Of a stretch of DNA of 58,398 nucleotides, positions 48,570-58,398 are shown piece by piece. The stretch comes from Chitinophagaceae bacterium (GTDB lineage Bacteria > Bacteroidota > Bacteroidia > Chitinophagales > Chitinophagaceae). Position 1 is the first letter of the stretch. Each line of letters begins with the position of its first letter. The notes under the pieces are model-generated. The model saw only the letters and a program-made list of their open reading frames with translations. It was not told the origin of the DNA and ran no database searches. The DNA is taken from positions 1 to 58,398 of the forward strand of contig CANFGZ010000001.1 of assembly GCA_947446585.1 (NCBI GenBank), given 5' to 3'. Position numbers and translations under genes: made by a program.

Positions 48570-48734
48570 ATAACTGATGATTTATGCGAGTCCTTAATGG
48601 TATAAATTTTATATCAAAAAAGATTTTAAATAATGATTATGAGAGCATTATGATTTTATTCACAAAATATAGACAATATTACGATAAAGAAATCGTTCAA
48701 TAGATAGCCATTTTAAAATTTAAAAGAGACTATT

Positions 48735-48890
48735 ATGAAAGCACAAAGCAGAGAATATACTAACCCGTTGGCCTATGCCATTATGAGTTTTTTTAATAAG
48801 CTTCGTCAGAATCCTGATATATATCCGATTAAATATTATAAAAAAGGTAACCGTCATAGAAGAAGCTGGAAAACTACCTTGTTAAAATAA
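48735..48890 (+). CDS. Small basic protein (51 aa; not in ORF track)
   Basis: MKAQSREYTNPLAYAIMSFFNKLRQNPDIYPIKYYKKGNRHRRSWKTTLLK; A-rich start context. Confidence 0.45.
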   Translation: MKAQSREYTNPLAYAIMSFFNKLRQNPDIYPIKYYKKGNRHRRSWKTTLLK

Positions 48891-49004
48891 CGCAATGAGT
48901 AGTGAAATTACTGATTCGAAAATTCAGCAAAAGCACTCTAGATTAAAACATAAACACAAAATATCTTTGTAAAAGAAAAATAAACAAATCTAAATCCAAT
49001 TATC

Positions 49005-49136
49005 ATGAAAAAGAACCAAAACCCTAACATGTCATTTTCAACTATTGCGAAAGCACTTACAACTGCTCTAAACAGTTTGTTTTTTACGAACAACAACAGA
49101 GAGTTTGAAAAACTTAAAAACTTTATTGCATCGTAA
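49005..49136 (+). CDS. Small protein (43 aa; not in ORF track) with its own promoter and terminator
   Basis: MKKNQNPNMSFSTIAKALTTALNSLFFTNNNREFEKLKNFIAS; TATCTTTG at 48962-48969; A-rich leader; terminator at 49166. Confidence 0.6.
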   Translation: MKKNQNPNMSFSTIAKALTTALNSLFFTNNNREFEKLKNFIAS

Positions 49137-49165
49137 AGATGTAATTTCCCCAAACCACAAGAATG

Positions 49166-49191
49166 TCCCCGGATAAAACCGGGGATTTTTT
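49166..49191 (+). terminator. Intrinsic terminator
   Basis: TCCCCGG-ATAAAA-CCGGGGA followed by T6 on plus strand. Confidence 0.85.
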
Positions 49192-49192
49192 A

Positions 49193-52100
49193 TTAGCTAA
49201 AGAGGTATTCTACATCAGCTTTGGTTAGTGCTTTTACAAAACTGGTTTCATCAGAAATAAGTTCCTTAGCGAGCGTTTTCTTTTTTTCCTGTAATTGAAG
49301 GATTTTATCTTCAATTGTATCAATACAAATCATTCTGTACGCAAAGATATTTTTGGTTTGGCCGATTCTATGAGTACGATCAATCGCCTGTTGTTCAACA
49401 GCGGGGTTCCACCAAGGATCAACGATATATACATAATCTGCAGCAGTTAAATTTAAACCTACTCCTCCTGCCTTTAAAGAAATCAAAAACACCCTGCAAT
49501 CATCGTTATTCTGGAAATTCTGAATCGCTTTTTCTCTTTCTGTTGGTGAAGTACTGCCATCAAAATATTCGAAAGGAACATTTTGTTCTTTAAGTTTTTC
49601 TTTTATCAATGCAAGCATTCCTAAAAACTGAGAAAAAATAAGCGCCTTATGCTGACCGATATTTTCAGATATTTCTCTGGCAAGTTCATCGAGTTTGATG
49701 GAGTTGTTGGGAAACTTTTCTTCTTCATTTAAAATAGCCGGACTATCGCAAATCTGTCTGAGTTTCATTAATCCCTGTAAAATGGTTAGTTGAGATTTAT
49801 CGATTCCCTGTTGATCAATGGCTCCAAGTATTTTATCGCGATAACTGTTACGGTAAGCCTCATAAATTGATCGTTGCTCTTCTTCCATTTCACAGAATAA
49901 AATAGTTTCTGTTTTTTCGGGTAAATCTTTAGCTACCTGCTCTTTAGTTCGACGAAGAATAAAAGGATATAATAATTTTCTGAGGTGTTCTTTTTGTTCG
50001 GGTTCTCCAAATTTGTCGATCGGTGTGGCAAATTCGTTTCTAAAAAATTCCATGCTTCCCAATAATCCCGGATTCAGAAAGTTCATCTGTGCAAAAATAT
50101 CAAAAGTGTTATTTTGCAATGGGGTACCGCTCATGCATAACCTGTTTTTGGCCGTAAGCAAAGTAGCCGCTTTTGTAACCTTAGATGATGGATTTTTTAT
50201 CGCCTGGCTTTCATCCAGTACCACATAATCAAAAAGCACCTGAACAAACATACTGATGTCACTTCTTAATGTTCCGTAAGTGGTAATGATGATATTATGC
50301 TGGGTTAATTCCTCATGTTTTCTTGATCTTGTATTTCCATGATGAATATGAAAAGATAATTCGGGTGTAAATTTCCTGACTTCATTTTGCCAGTTGTAAA
50401 TTAATGTTGTTGGACAAATAACAATAGCCTTAATCGAGCCGTTTGTTTTTTTATAATACTCAAGCATTGTAAGGGCCTGAACTGTTTTACCCAAACCCAT
50501 ATCATCTGCGAGAATTCCACCCCATCCTACATCATTTAAATAACTCAACCATTGATAACCGGCAATTTGATACGGGCGTAATACCGCTTGTAATGTTTCC
50601 GGAACATTTATATCGGGAATATTTTTAAATGCCCTCAATTTTTCAAACTTTTCATCGAGTGCAAAACTAATTTCGGTTTCATTTCTGTTTTCATACAATT
50701 CATCAATCACGCTTAAATGATATCTTGAAAGTCTGAGTTTATCACTTTTTCCTTCTCCTACTTTAAACAGCAATGAATAGCGTTTTAACCATTCGTCAGG
50801 CAAAATACCTAAAGTACCATCTCCTAATTGAACAAAAGATTGTTTATTGTTCAGCGCTTTTTTTATATCGGCTATACCTACACGTTGTTTACCAAATTCA
50901 ATTTCTATTTTGGCATCAAACCAGTCTAATCCGCTACTGACATGTATATGAGTATTTGGACGCGCTGTATTGAACCTGAAATTTTTCAAAGCTTCGAAAC
51001 CAAATACCGAAATTTTCAACTCTTTCATGGCATCTACAAAAAGAAAAAACCAGTTATTGCGTAAAACTTCTGCTCCTTTTAAAACCAGGCTTTGGTTGTC
51101 TGTTTGCCTTACAAACATAGAATGTAGGCTTTCCAGCTTTTGAATGAAAGATTCTTCGGCTTCTTTGTTTCTCTGAATAACGAGTATTTTGTCTCCTTCA
51201 GGAATAGTAATCGTTGTTCTATCTGATGCTTTTGTATCAAATCCATTATAGCCAAATATCGGTTGAAATACAAGGTAATCGCCCTTCTCCAGCAATTGCA
51301 ATTTTATGTCGGGGCTTCCGCCTTTTATTTCTTTAATGAGTGATTTATCAAATTCTACATGATATTCTTGGGTCAATGGCAACACAATTTCTTGCATCTT
51401 TTTAACCCAGTCTGATTTGCTCAATTTAACATTGCCTTGTTGTAAAAACTTTTCGGCCTGAACCACATCTTCTGTTTTTTGCCAGGTATATAACACTTTG
51501 TCGTGCATAAAAACCAGAATACTATTACATTCGTTTTCGGTAAATGGTATGGTTTCATTTTCTATTTTAACCATACAAATCAGCTCCAGATAATTGTTAT
51601 TTGCAACAACTTTAAAAACAGGTGAAATGAATTTATCACTAATTTCTATTTCCTGTATATTAGCTGTAATGAATTTTTTCTTTTGCGGAAGTGAAAAAAT
51701 AAAATGATTTCCGGTATGCTCATCAAAAAGCTTTTTTATTTTCGGATGTAAATATTCTGTGATGAGATTCTTTGTTTCTTCAGGAAGTTCTTCTGATTCG
51801 TTCTGTATAATATTATCCCATATTCCACTGAAAGGAGAATTTCTGTTGAGATATTTATTAATTTCTGTATCCTGTAGTTTTCTGATTTGCTGAAACAGCA
51901 ATTTATCTTCATCGCCGAACAAATCCGTGTTTACAAATTTAGTCAGGTCAAGATTTTCGACTTTGCTTACAAATTTTTTATTCTCTTCGTCTGCTTCTCC
52001 TTGCACTGCATCAATAATAAAACCGGGATGCGTTTTGGCATTGAAATTAAATACGATTCCAAGCGTTTTGAGTGGTTTATCTAATTCAGCCACTTCTTCT

Positions 52101-52954
52101 ATTGGTTTTAATTTTTGTAAAAAAGAAACTGAGGATGTTGAAGATTGCTGACCTGTTGGCTGAGCTACTCTTTTTATGTTGGTATCGAGAAGTATTAAAA
52201 AGGGTTTTCCTTCTTTATAAGTAAATTCAAATTTTCCTGCAAGATCATCGTTCAAACTATATCCATAAATCTGTAAAAGTTTGTTTTTTTCTTTATCCCA
52301 GTTTCTGATGGAATCAAAGTAAGCGGGGCCAAAGGAATTTAACAATTGAAGAAAGAGTAATGTTTTGTGTTCGCATAGCGGATGTCCTGATTCGGCACAA
52401 GTACAAGATGTATCGAAATTTCTTTCTTCATTTTTTTGGATTACTAACGGATACGTAACATTCCCGATTTTTAATTCCGCTTCCACTCTTTCATCAGCTG
52501 CTTTTAAAATATTTGCCTTTGTAGTTCTTAAAATAGTTTCTGCATCATCATAAATTCCGGGAGAAGAAAGCATTTTAATCATTTTAAGATCTATCTGCTT
52601 CATTTTTGCTACAGTATGATACTGGTTGTATTGTATCATACTATTGCCCAGCATATTCTTATCGGCCATATCCTGAAGACGAAACAGTGCAGCCGATTCA
52701 TGCCTGCATATATCACCAATATTATATGGACAAGAACAACGCAATGACATCAATCTGGCGTCGGTATATTTTTGAATGTATACTTTATAGAACGTACTGT
52801 AGCTGTCGTCTTTTACTCTGAATACAATTGTACCCATTAATTCGTCGTGTTCTACCAATTCCACAAAACCGGAACCATGAATTTTTTTTCCACGGCGAAT
52901 GACTTCATCGGTACCGTTATTATAAATGTGCTTGATTATATGTGGTAATGCCAA
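49193..52954 (-). CDS. SWIM zinc finger-SNF2 family helicase
   Basis: Two SWIM-like motifs (CSC..CRH, CTC..CEH); LADDMGLGKT, DESQ, SGTPLQN, LKAGGVGLNL, QAIDRTHRIGQ. Confidence 0.95.
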   Translation of the reverse strand: MALPHIIKHIYNNGTDEVIRRGKKIHGSGFVELVEHDELMGTIVFRVKDDSYSTFYKVYIQKYTDARLMSLRCSCPYNIGDICRHESAALFRLQDMADKNMLGNSMIQYNQYHTVAKMKQIDLKMIKMLSSPGIYDDAETILRTTKANILKAADERVEAELKIGNVTYPLVIQKNEERNFDTSCTCAESGHPLCEHKTLLFLQLLNSFGPAYFDSIRNWDKEKNKLLQIYGYSLNDDLAGKFEFTYKEGKPFLILLDTNIKRVAQPTGQQSSTSSVSFLQKLKPIEEVAELDKPLKTLGIVFNFNAKTHPGFIIDAVQGEADEENKKFVSKVENLDLTKFVNTDLFGDEDKLLFQQIRKLQDTEINKYLNRNSPFSGIWDNIIQNESEELPEETKNLITEYLHPKIKKLFDEHTGNHFIFSLPQKKKFITANIQEIEISDKFISPVFKVVANNNYLELICMVKIENETIPFTENECNSILVFMHDKVLYTWQKTEDVVQAEKFLQQGNVKLSKSDWVKKMQEIVLPLTQEYHVEFDKSLIKEIKGGSPDIKLQLLEKGDYLVFQPIFGYNGFDTKASDRTTITIPEGDKILVIQRNKEAEESFIQKLESLHSMFVRQTDNQSLVLKGAEVLRNNWFFLFVDAMKELKISVFGFEALKNFRFNTARPNTHIHVSSGLDWFDAKIEIEFGKQRVGIADIKKALNNKQSFVQLGDGTLGILPDEWLKRYSLLFKVGEGKSDKLRLSRYHLSVIDELYENRNETEISFALDEKFEKLRAFKNIPDINVPETLQAVLRPYQIAGYQWLSYLNDVGWGGILADDMGLGKTVQALTMLEYYKKTNGSIKAIVICPTTLIYNWQNEVRKFTPELSFHIHHGNTRSRKHEELTQHNIIITTYGTLRSDISMFVQVLFDYVVLDESQAIKNPSSKVTKAATLLTAKNRLCMSGTPLQNNTFDIFAQMNFLNPGLLGSMEFFRNEFATPIDKFGEPEQKEHLRKLLYPFILRRTKEQVAKDLPEKTETILFCEMEEEQRSIYEAYRNSYRDKILGAIDQQGIDKSQLTILQGLMKLRQICDSPAILNEEEKFPNNSIKLDELAREISENIGQHKALIFSQFLGMLALIKEKLKEQNVPFEYFDGSTSPTEREKAIQNFQNNDDCRVFLISLKAGGVGLNLTAADYVYIVDPWWNPAVEQQAIDRTHRIGQTKNIFAYRMICIDTIEDKILQLQEKKKTLAKELISDETSFVKALTKADVEYLFS

Positions 52955-53098
52955 GGTTAAAATCTTTTTATTGATAAAAAAAATTCGTTTTTTACACCCC
53001 GACTTATTCAGAAAAGTGCAATTTGCAAAAGTAAAGGAAAATAACTGAGATAAGGAATGCAGTAGAAGATAATGTGAAGAATTAATAGCTTTTTGTGA

Positions 53099-53833
53099 TT
53101 ATCCTCTAGTTAATTTTCCTTCTTTGTATAATGGCAATACATTCGCTGTATTTGAAGTAAGACAATGTCTGATATCTTTTTCCAATCCAAAAGAAGTAAG
53201 TCTTTTATAATGTGAGGCTTCTTTTTGTTTCATAAATTCATAAAGATCTTCCCGGGCTTCCAAAAACAATCCTTCGGCCATTTGAGAGGCATCACAATTA
53301 ATCGTAAAATGTTGTTTGATTTGATTGATAACCGCTCCGGCAAATAAGGTGTCTTCAATGTTTATACGATCTTTCCATGCTGCACAGGCCAGCAAAACGG
53401 GTTTGTTTTTTTTAATCAGATGAAGGCAAACGGCATCAAGATTGGCAAAAGAACCGGTAATAATTTCATGAGCCCCATTAGACAAAGCCATATGCAACAG
53501 CTTTGTTCCGTTGGTTGTAGTTAAAACAAGTGTTTTTTTATCAATAAAAGATTCGGGATATTCAAAAGGAGAATTTCCATACTGAAGACCTTCAGCAACT
53601 TTTCCGTCGCGCTCACCTGCTGTGATGGCATTCATTTGCTTACCTATTCTTATACAATCATTTACGCTTTCAACAGGTATAATTTCTTTTGCGCCATTAT
53701 ATAAAGCAGTTGCAATAGTAGATGTTGCGCGCAATACATCAATGATAACTACTACACTTGCAGTAATGTCATATAGTTTTAATAACGCAGGCGATAAGGA
53801 TGTATATAACTCTGGCTTTTTGTTTTGAGACAT
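53099..53833 (-). CDS. comB: 2-phosphosulfolactate phosphatase family protein
   Basis: VIIDVLRATSTI, AGERDG, GNSPFEY, TTTNGT, EDTLFAG. Confidence 0.9.
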   Translation of the reverse strand: MSQNKKPELYTSLSPALLKLYDITASVVVIIDVLRATSTIATALYNGAKEIIPVESVNDCIRIGKQMNAITAGERDGKVAEGLQYGNSPFEYPESFIDKKTLVLTTTNGTKLLHMALSNGAHEIITGSFANLDAVCLHLIKKNKPVLLACAAWKDRINIEDTLFAGAVINQIKQHFTINCDASQMAEGLFLEAREDLYEFMKQKEASHYKRLTSFGLEKDIRHCLTSNTANVLPLYKEGKLTRG

Positions 53834-53858
53834 TAATAGTATTGTAAAATGTATAAAT

Positions 53859-54944
53859 TTATTCGAAAGGAATTTTTACGATCCGGGCTTTAATTTGCTG
53901 GTTCCTTATTTTGATAAAAATATCATTGCCCGATTTTGAATGATTAACCTCCACATAACCCATTCCTATTGCTTTTCCGAGTGTTGGAGATTGTGTACCT
54001 GATGTTACTTTTCCAATAACCAGACCGGATTCGTCTGTGATTTCGTAATCATGTCTGGCAATCCCTTTATCTATCATTTCAAAACCAACCAGCTTTTTAG
54101 CACAGCCATTATTTTTTTGATTTTCAAATATGCTTCTTGAGGTAAAATCTTTTGTAAACTTGGTTATCCAGCCCAAACCTGCTTCCATTGGAGAAGTCGT
54201 GTCATCAATATCATTACCATATAGGCAGAATCCCATTTCTAATCTAAGTGTATCTCTTGCACCTAAGCCAATTGGTTTGATACCATATTGTGCACCGGCA
54301 TTGAATATGGCGTTCCAAATGGTATCTGCGTCGTTGTTGTTGTCTTCAAAATAAATTTCAACACCACCCGCACCAGTATAACCTGTTGCACTGATCAGCA
54401 CATTGTCAATACCAGCAAATGTTCCTTTTACAAAAGTGTAATATTTCAAATTAAGGATATCCATGTCTGTAAGCGACTGAATCAATTTAGTAGCACTTGG
54501 TCCCTGTACAGCAAGCAATGCGGTTTTTGCAGAGATATTATGCATTTCCACATTTTTTGAATTGTGTTTTACAATCCAATTCCAGTCTTTATCGATGTTA
54601 CCGGCATTTACCACCAGCATGTAAACACTATTTTCTTCCACACAATACACCAGCAAATCATCTACAATACCGCCATTTTCATTGGGCATGCAACTGTATT
54701 GGGCTTTGCCATTAGACAATTTAGAAGCATCATTTGTGGTAATGCGTTGAATCAAATCCAATGCATCTGCACCTTTTAAAATAAATTCCCCCATATGGCT
54801 CACATCAAAAACACCTACATTTTTTCTAACCGTAGCATGTTCATCGTTGATACCTGTGTATGAAATCGGCATGTTGAAGCCGGCAAATTCTGCCATCTTC
54901 GCACCAAGAGCCAAATGTTTGTCTGTAAAAGGCGTATTCTTCAT
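53859..54944 (-). CDS. gcvT: Glycine cleavage system aminomethyltransferase T
   Basis: [36 protein letters not shown]; TACCTTTG promoter element at 54962-54969. Confidence 0.97.
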   Translation of the reverse strand: MKNTPFTDKHLALGAKMAEFAGFNMPISYTGINDEHATVRKNVGVFDVSHMGEFILKGADALDLIQRITTNDASKLSNGKAQYSCMPNENGGIVDDLLVYCVEENSVYMLVVNAGNIDKDWNWIVKHNSKNVEMHNISAKTALLAVQGPSATKLIQSLTDMDILNLKYYTFVKGTFAGIDNVLISATGYTGAGGVEIYFEDNNNDADTIWNAIFNAGAQYGIKPIGLGARDTLRLEMGFCLYGNDIDDTTSPMEAGLGWITKFTKDFTSRSIFENQKNNGCAKKLVGFEMIDKGIARHDYEITDESGLVIGKVTSGTQSPTLGKAIGMGYVEVNHSKSGNDIFIKIRNQQIKARIVKIPFE

Positions 54945-54982
54945 TTGTGAAATTTAGGTGGCAAAGGTAAATGAAGATTGAT

Positions 54983-55279
54983 AATGTAAAATGTAAAATA
55001 TTGAATGTAAAATGTAAAAGTGGATTCCTGATATGAAATTATCAGTCTCTCATGAACTATAATAATTGTGAGAACTCTAAATTCTAAGCAATGTCTCCTG
55101 CAAGGGACGTTGCGTTTGAAAATATATCTTGAATACTGTACACTAGTTGCCGGATTAATCACTTCCAAAAGCTCAAAAGGTTCAAGAAGTTTAAAAGGTT
55201 CAATCAACTAATTGAACTTCTTGAACCTTTTGAACCTCTGAAACAACAAACAATGAACGCCAAACGCCAAACGCCAAAC
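54983..55279. repeat. Mosaic repeat block: AATGTAA heptamers, hairpin A, inverted 9-mer arrays, CGCCAAA heptamers
   Basis: 54983-55022 heptamers; 55084-55113 third copy of hairpin A; 55163-55244 GGTTCAAnA facing TTGAACC; 55256-55279 AACGCCA x3. Confidence 0.82.
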
Positions 55280-55286
55280 ATTTCTC

Positions 55287-57719
55287 CTACCCCTTAATCC
55301 TCTTCGATTCCGCTTCACTTGCTGTTTTTCTTTCTCTGCTAGCGCTGATTTGATTGCTGCCGAATCTCCAGTTTACAGTCAATCTAAAAGTTCTGCTTTC
55401 CCAGTTGCCATTGGCAGCAATGTTCAATCCACCGAAATTATTGGTGGCTTTCCATGGAGCGGTGTAAAAAATATCTGTAACTGCTGCTTTTACAGTCAGG
55501 TTTTTATTGAAGAATGTTTTTTGCAATCCAAGGTCCATAGACCATTGTGGTGAGGTTTTCCAGGTAGCGGCCCAAAATGCAGGACCATTATACCAGCCAC
55601 TCAATTCAGCAGAAAATTCTTTTTTCAGCGTGAATGATTGTTGCCAATACGCACCATACAATGGAATCTTTACATGAAATGGATTTTCACCAATACTTCC
55701 TTTGATATCATGATACATATACCAAATGTAGACATAACCGCTCCACCATTTTTTAATCGGCGTTGCACTTCCTACACTAAAGCCATAATAATTTAAATCG
55801 GCTAAATTTTGTTGTTGAACATAAGTCGCATTACCAACGGTATCCGTAATTTCTGTAGCAAAATCGCGCGTGTGTCCATAAGTGATAGTCGATGTTAAAA
55901 ATCCCATGAATGTATGAGAAAGCTCTAGGTTATTAGTATACTGTGGTTGTAAAAATGCATTTCCTTTTTGATACGTCAATTCATCCAGTTTGTTTTCAAA
56001 AGGATTCAAATCCTGATAGGTTGGTCTGTCAATTCTTTTACTATAAGTAAGATTGAAAGTGTTCTTGTCATTTAACGTGTAAGTCAAAGCGCCTGAAGGA
56101 AACAAATCAGCATAATTTCTTTTTACTGAATTATCAGCTTGTACAATACTATCCGCTCTTGTTAATTCCCCTTTGCTGATGGTTTGTTCCATTCTAATAC
56201 CGGCCTGCAAATTCCATTTTTTATTCAATTGTCTTTTGTAATTGGCATATAAAGCGTTTACATTTTCATTATAGGTGAAATAATTACTTCTGCTGAGAAC
56301 TTTTACAGGAGTGCCATTGACATCATCATTATAAAAATCAAATGTGTTTTCAGTTTTCACAAAAGATGTTTTAGCACCGTAACCAATTTTTGCTTTGCCC
56401 CAATTGTGTTCCACATCAATTTTAGCAGAGAAGATATCAATGTTTACCGGCATGTTGTTTCTGTTCACCACTTTATAAATAAGGTTGCCGTCGATATCGT
56501 TATAATAATTGGGTTGATACGCTTCTCCGGTTTTTCTGAAAGTCCCATAATCCGCATCGAAATTAATTTCCGTGCCACTGGTATCTGCATATCGATAATT
56601 GATGTTGTTATTGATATTTAGCGAACTACCGATACCGTTACTATTGGCTACTAATGTTTTTACATAATCGCCGGTAGGATAAAAGTAGATTGGAGAAATA
56701 CCATTTGCTGTTTGTTTGCCTTCTGAGTTATTGAGTGTTGATATAAACCCTATGGTGTTCTTTTTATTGACAAAATAATCAGCTCCAACTTTATAGTTAA
56801 AGTTTTTATTGTCATTTTTATTTACACTTTTTAGATCATAAATCGTATCCAACTGTCTTCTGTTGATGTTCATATCATTTTGATAGATGCCAGTTGAATG
56901 ACCAAAGTTCCCAAAAAGATTTACTTTTTTGTCTCTGTAATTCAAGCCTATAGATTCATTGAATTTAGGTGTGATGCCTTGTGTATAACCGGCTGTTACG
57001 TTACCGTTAGTACCGTATTTTTTATTCTTTTTTAATCTGAAGTTGATAACACCTGCATTACCGGCGGCGTCGTATTTTGCAGAAGGATTGCTGATCATTT
57101 CAATGGCTTCGATATCAGCACTATTGATGCTTTTAAGAAAGGATGCCAGCTCTGAAGAAGAAAATTGTGTAGGCTTGCCATCGATGTAAATTTTTACGCC
57201 GGTTTTTCCTTTCATGCTGATGTTGTCGTTGTTGTCAACCATCACACCCGGACTTTTCCTTAACAATTCAAAAGCATCGCTGCCTGTGGCGTTGATACTC
57301 GACTCCACATTGAAAATCATTTTATCAGCTTTTACTTCAATCATCGGTTTTTTAGCAATGACAGTATGCGTAGTCAATGATTGTACAGTTTTGTTTAGCG
57401 CAACATTTTTAATATCTATTGTATTCGAATCAAATTGTACTGAATCGATAGGAATATATTTTTGTTCGAAACCAACATTTGTAAATTTCAACAGGTAATT
57501 TCCTGATGGAACATTGTCGATTGTGAAGTTTCCTGTTTCGTTTGAAACTGCTACTTTTACTAAAGAACTGTCTTGTTTTTTTAGTAAACTGACAGTAACA
57601 TAAGCCAAGGGAGTTTTATTTTCTGTTAATGTCTTTCCTGTTATATTAGCAGTTTGAGCAATAGCAATATTTGTAGTTAAAGCAATCAGGAAAACGGAAA
57701 GGGTTCTTATAATTTTCAT
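55287..57719 (-). CDS. TonB-dependent receptor / outer-membrane beta-barrel family protein
   Basis: Signal peptide, carboxypeptidase-regulatory-like domain, plug (LLRKSPGV, IE.ISNPSAKYDAAG..GVIN), GN.FLQP, C-terminal WRFG. Confidence 0.9.
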   Translation of the reverse strand: MKIIRTLSVFLIALTTNIAIAQTANITGKTLTENKTPLAYVTVSLLKKQDSSLVKVAVSNETGNFTIDNVPSGNYLLKFTNVGFEQKYIPIDSVQFDSNTIDIKNVALNKTVQSLTTHTVIAKKPMIEVKADKMIFNVESSINATGSDAFELLRKSPGVMVDNNDNISMKGKTGVKIYIDGKPTQFSSSELASFLKSINSADIEAIEMISNPSAKYDAAGNAGVINFRLKKNKKYGTNGNVTAGYTQGITPKFNESIGLNYRDKKVNLFGNFGHSTGIYQNDMNINRRQLDTIYDLKSVNKNDNKNFNYKVGADYFVNKKNTIGFISTLNNSEGKQTANGISPIYFYPTGDYVKTLVANSNGIGSSLNINNNINYRYADTSGTEINFDADYGTFRKTGEAYQPNYYNDIDGNLIYKVVNRNNMPVNIDIFSAKIDVEHNWGKAKIGYGAKTSFVKTENTFDFYNDDVNGTPVKVLSRSNYFTYNENVNALYANYKRQLNKKWNLQAGIRMEQTISKGELTRADSIVQADNSVKRNYADLFPSGALTYTLNDKNTFNLTYSKRIDRPTYQDLNPFENKLDELTYQKGNAFLQPQYTNNLELSHTFMGFLTSTITYGHTRDFATEITDTVGNATYVQQQNLADLNYYGFSVGSATPIKKWWSGYVYIWYMYHDIKGSIGENPFHVKIPLYGAYWQQSFTLKKEFSAELSGWYNGPAFWAATWKTSPQWSMDLGLQKTFFNKNLTVKAAVTDIFYTAPWKATNNFGGLNIAANGNWESRTFRLTVNWRFGSNQISASRERKTASEAESKRIKG

Positions 57720-57765
57720 GTGTGGTTATTTTTTGTTTTGGTAAATAATCGCGGCGCAAGATAGA

Positions 57766-57795
57766 GTATGTGTCGCTGTAATGAACAATGTGACA
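57766..57795 (-). promoter_or_regulatory. Putative ECF sigma promoter TGTCACA-N15-ACACATAC
   Basis: Same motif and spacing as 590-619; ends 46 nt upstream of the receptor start codon. Confidence 0.7.
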
Positions 57796-57807
57796 GTTAA
57801 TTAAAAT

Positions 57808-58398
57808 TTAAATTGTGTCTTGCACAGCATTTTGTTTATTAATTTCTAGTTCTAATTTTTTCTTTAATTCAATCAATGAATCCATTTTTTTATTTTTTGG
57901 TCTTTCTGGTGAAATTGGAGACATAGGAGGCATAGGAGGCTGAGGCGGTGCAGGTGGAATAGGAAAAACATTCTCTAAATCTTCTGTTGATCTCAATCCT
58001 TCATCAGTCATCAGAAACTCTTGATTTGTCTTGCTTTCATTGTGCCAGTTTTGAAACTCCCAAACATTATCATCATAATTAGATACGCTATTCGATTTTG
58101 GTAAACTGATACTTTTACCAACAGGAACGCTAATGAGAACAGCTACTTGCTGGTTTCTGAATTTTTGTTTTTTGGTGATAAAGATGCCTTGATCGATTGT
58201 CACTACGCTCTCTGTTTGTGCTATGTTTATTCGAATCGCAGCTGCTGTTGTATCTGCTGTAAACCTGGTGCTACCATGTGCTGAATTCACGATTCTTATG
58301 TGAAATGAATCATCTAATGATCGCAATACTTTGATATCTACATTATCAATAAAAATCGAATCTTCAAATAAATCCAACGCTTCAAAAAAGTTGATATC
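57808..58398 (-). CDS. C-terminal part of a larger protein, resembling Bacteroidota PspC-domain proteins (5' end outside window)
   Basis: Frame open to the edge; ITKKQKFRNQQV.V.ISVPVGK.I, F.MT..GL, Pro-rich linker, terminal coiled coil. Confidence 0.6.
   Translation of the reverse strand, partial: DINFFEALDLFEDSIFIDNVDIKVLRSLDDSFHIRIVNSAHGSTRFTADTTAAAIRINIAQTESVVTIDQGIFITKKQKFRNQQVAVLISVPVGKSISLPKSNSVSNYDDNVWEFQNWHNESKTNQEFLMTDEGLRSTEDLENVFPIPPAPPQPPMPPMSPISPERPKNKKMDSLIELKKKLELEINKQNAVQDTI

Noticed and set aside
48938-49153. 71-aa minus-strand ORF
   Set aside because: Promoter, start context and terminator all support the plus-strand 43-aa ORF instead
54941-55207. 88-aa ORF with EPFKLLEPFELL periodicity
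   Set aside because: Artefact of 9-mer and heptamer arrays; overlaps the gcvT promoter
2449-57498. Many 60-170 aa ORFs nested in or antisense to long genes (e.g. 7335, 9086, 28225, 31509, 46221, 57214)
   Set aside because: Shadow frames of well-supported genes, without independent signals

Overview
AT-rich bacterial chromosome segment from a Bacteroidota organism, most likely Chitinophagaceae (TAnnTTTG -7 promoters, A-rich SD-less start regions, rplM-rpsI-rpsB-tsf-pyrH order). Housekeeping and metabolic content: ribosomal/translation operon, ligA, purF, recA, an M16 peptidase pair, mqnC, SWIM-SNF2 helicase, comB, gcvT, a TonB-dependent receptor, and a phenylacetate (paa) cluster with a TetR repressor and two matching operators. 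An AT-rich accessory stretch (about 0.7-5.6 kb) carries a divergent kaiC-kaiB pair. The most interesting signals are non-coding: (1) a tandem pair of 53-nt units with a compensatory base-pair change, plus other orphan terminator-ended RNAs whose U/G-rich segments are complementary to Bacteroidota translation-start regions; (2) an identical ECF-type promoter (TGTCACA-N15-ACACATAC) ahead of both the ECF sigma gene and a TonB receptor 57 kb away; (3) a roughly 400-bp composite repeat element present twice with conserved module order, one copy next to a decayed higBA locus; (4) a structured leader ahead of a TM2/DUF2752/M48 membrane operon; (5) several unannotated small ORFs. No tRNA, rRNA, CRISPR array or intact transposase was seen. 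Family assignments come from motif recognition by eye, not database searches.
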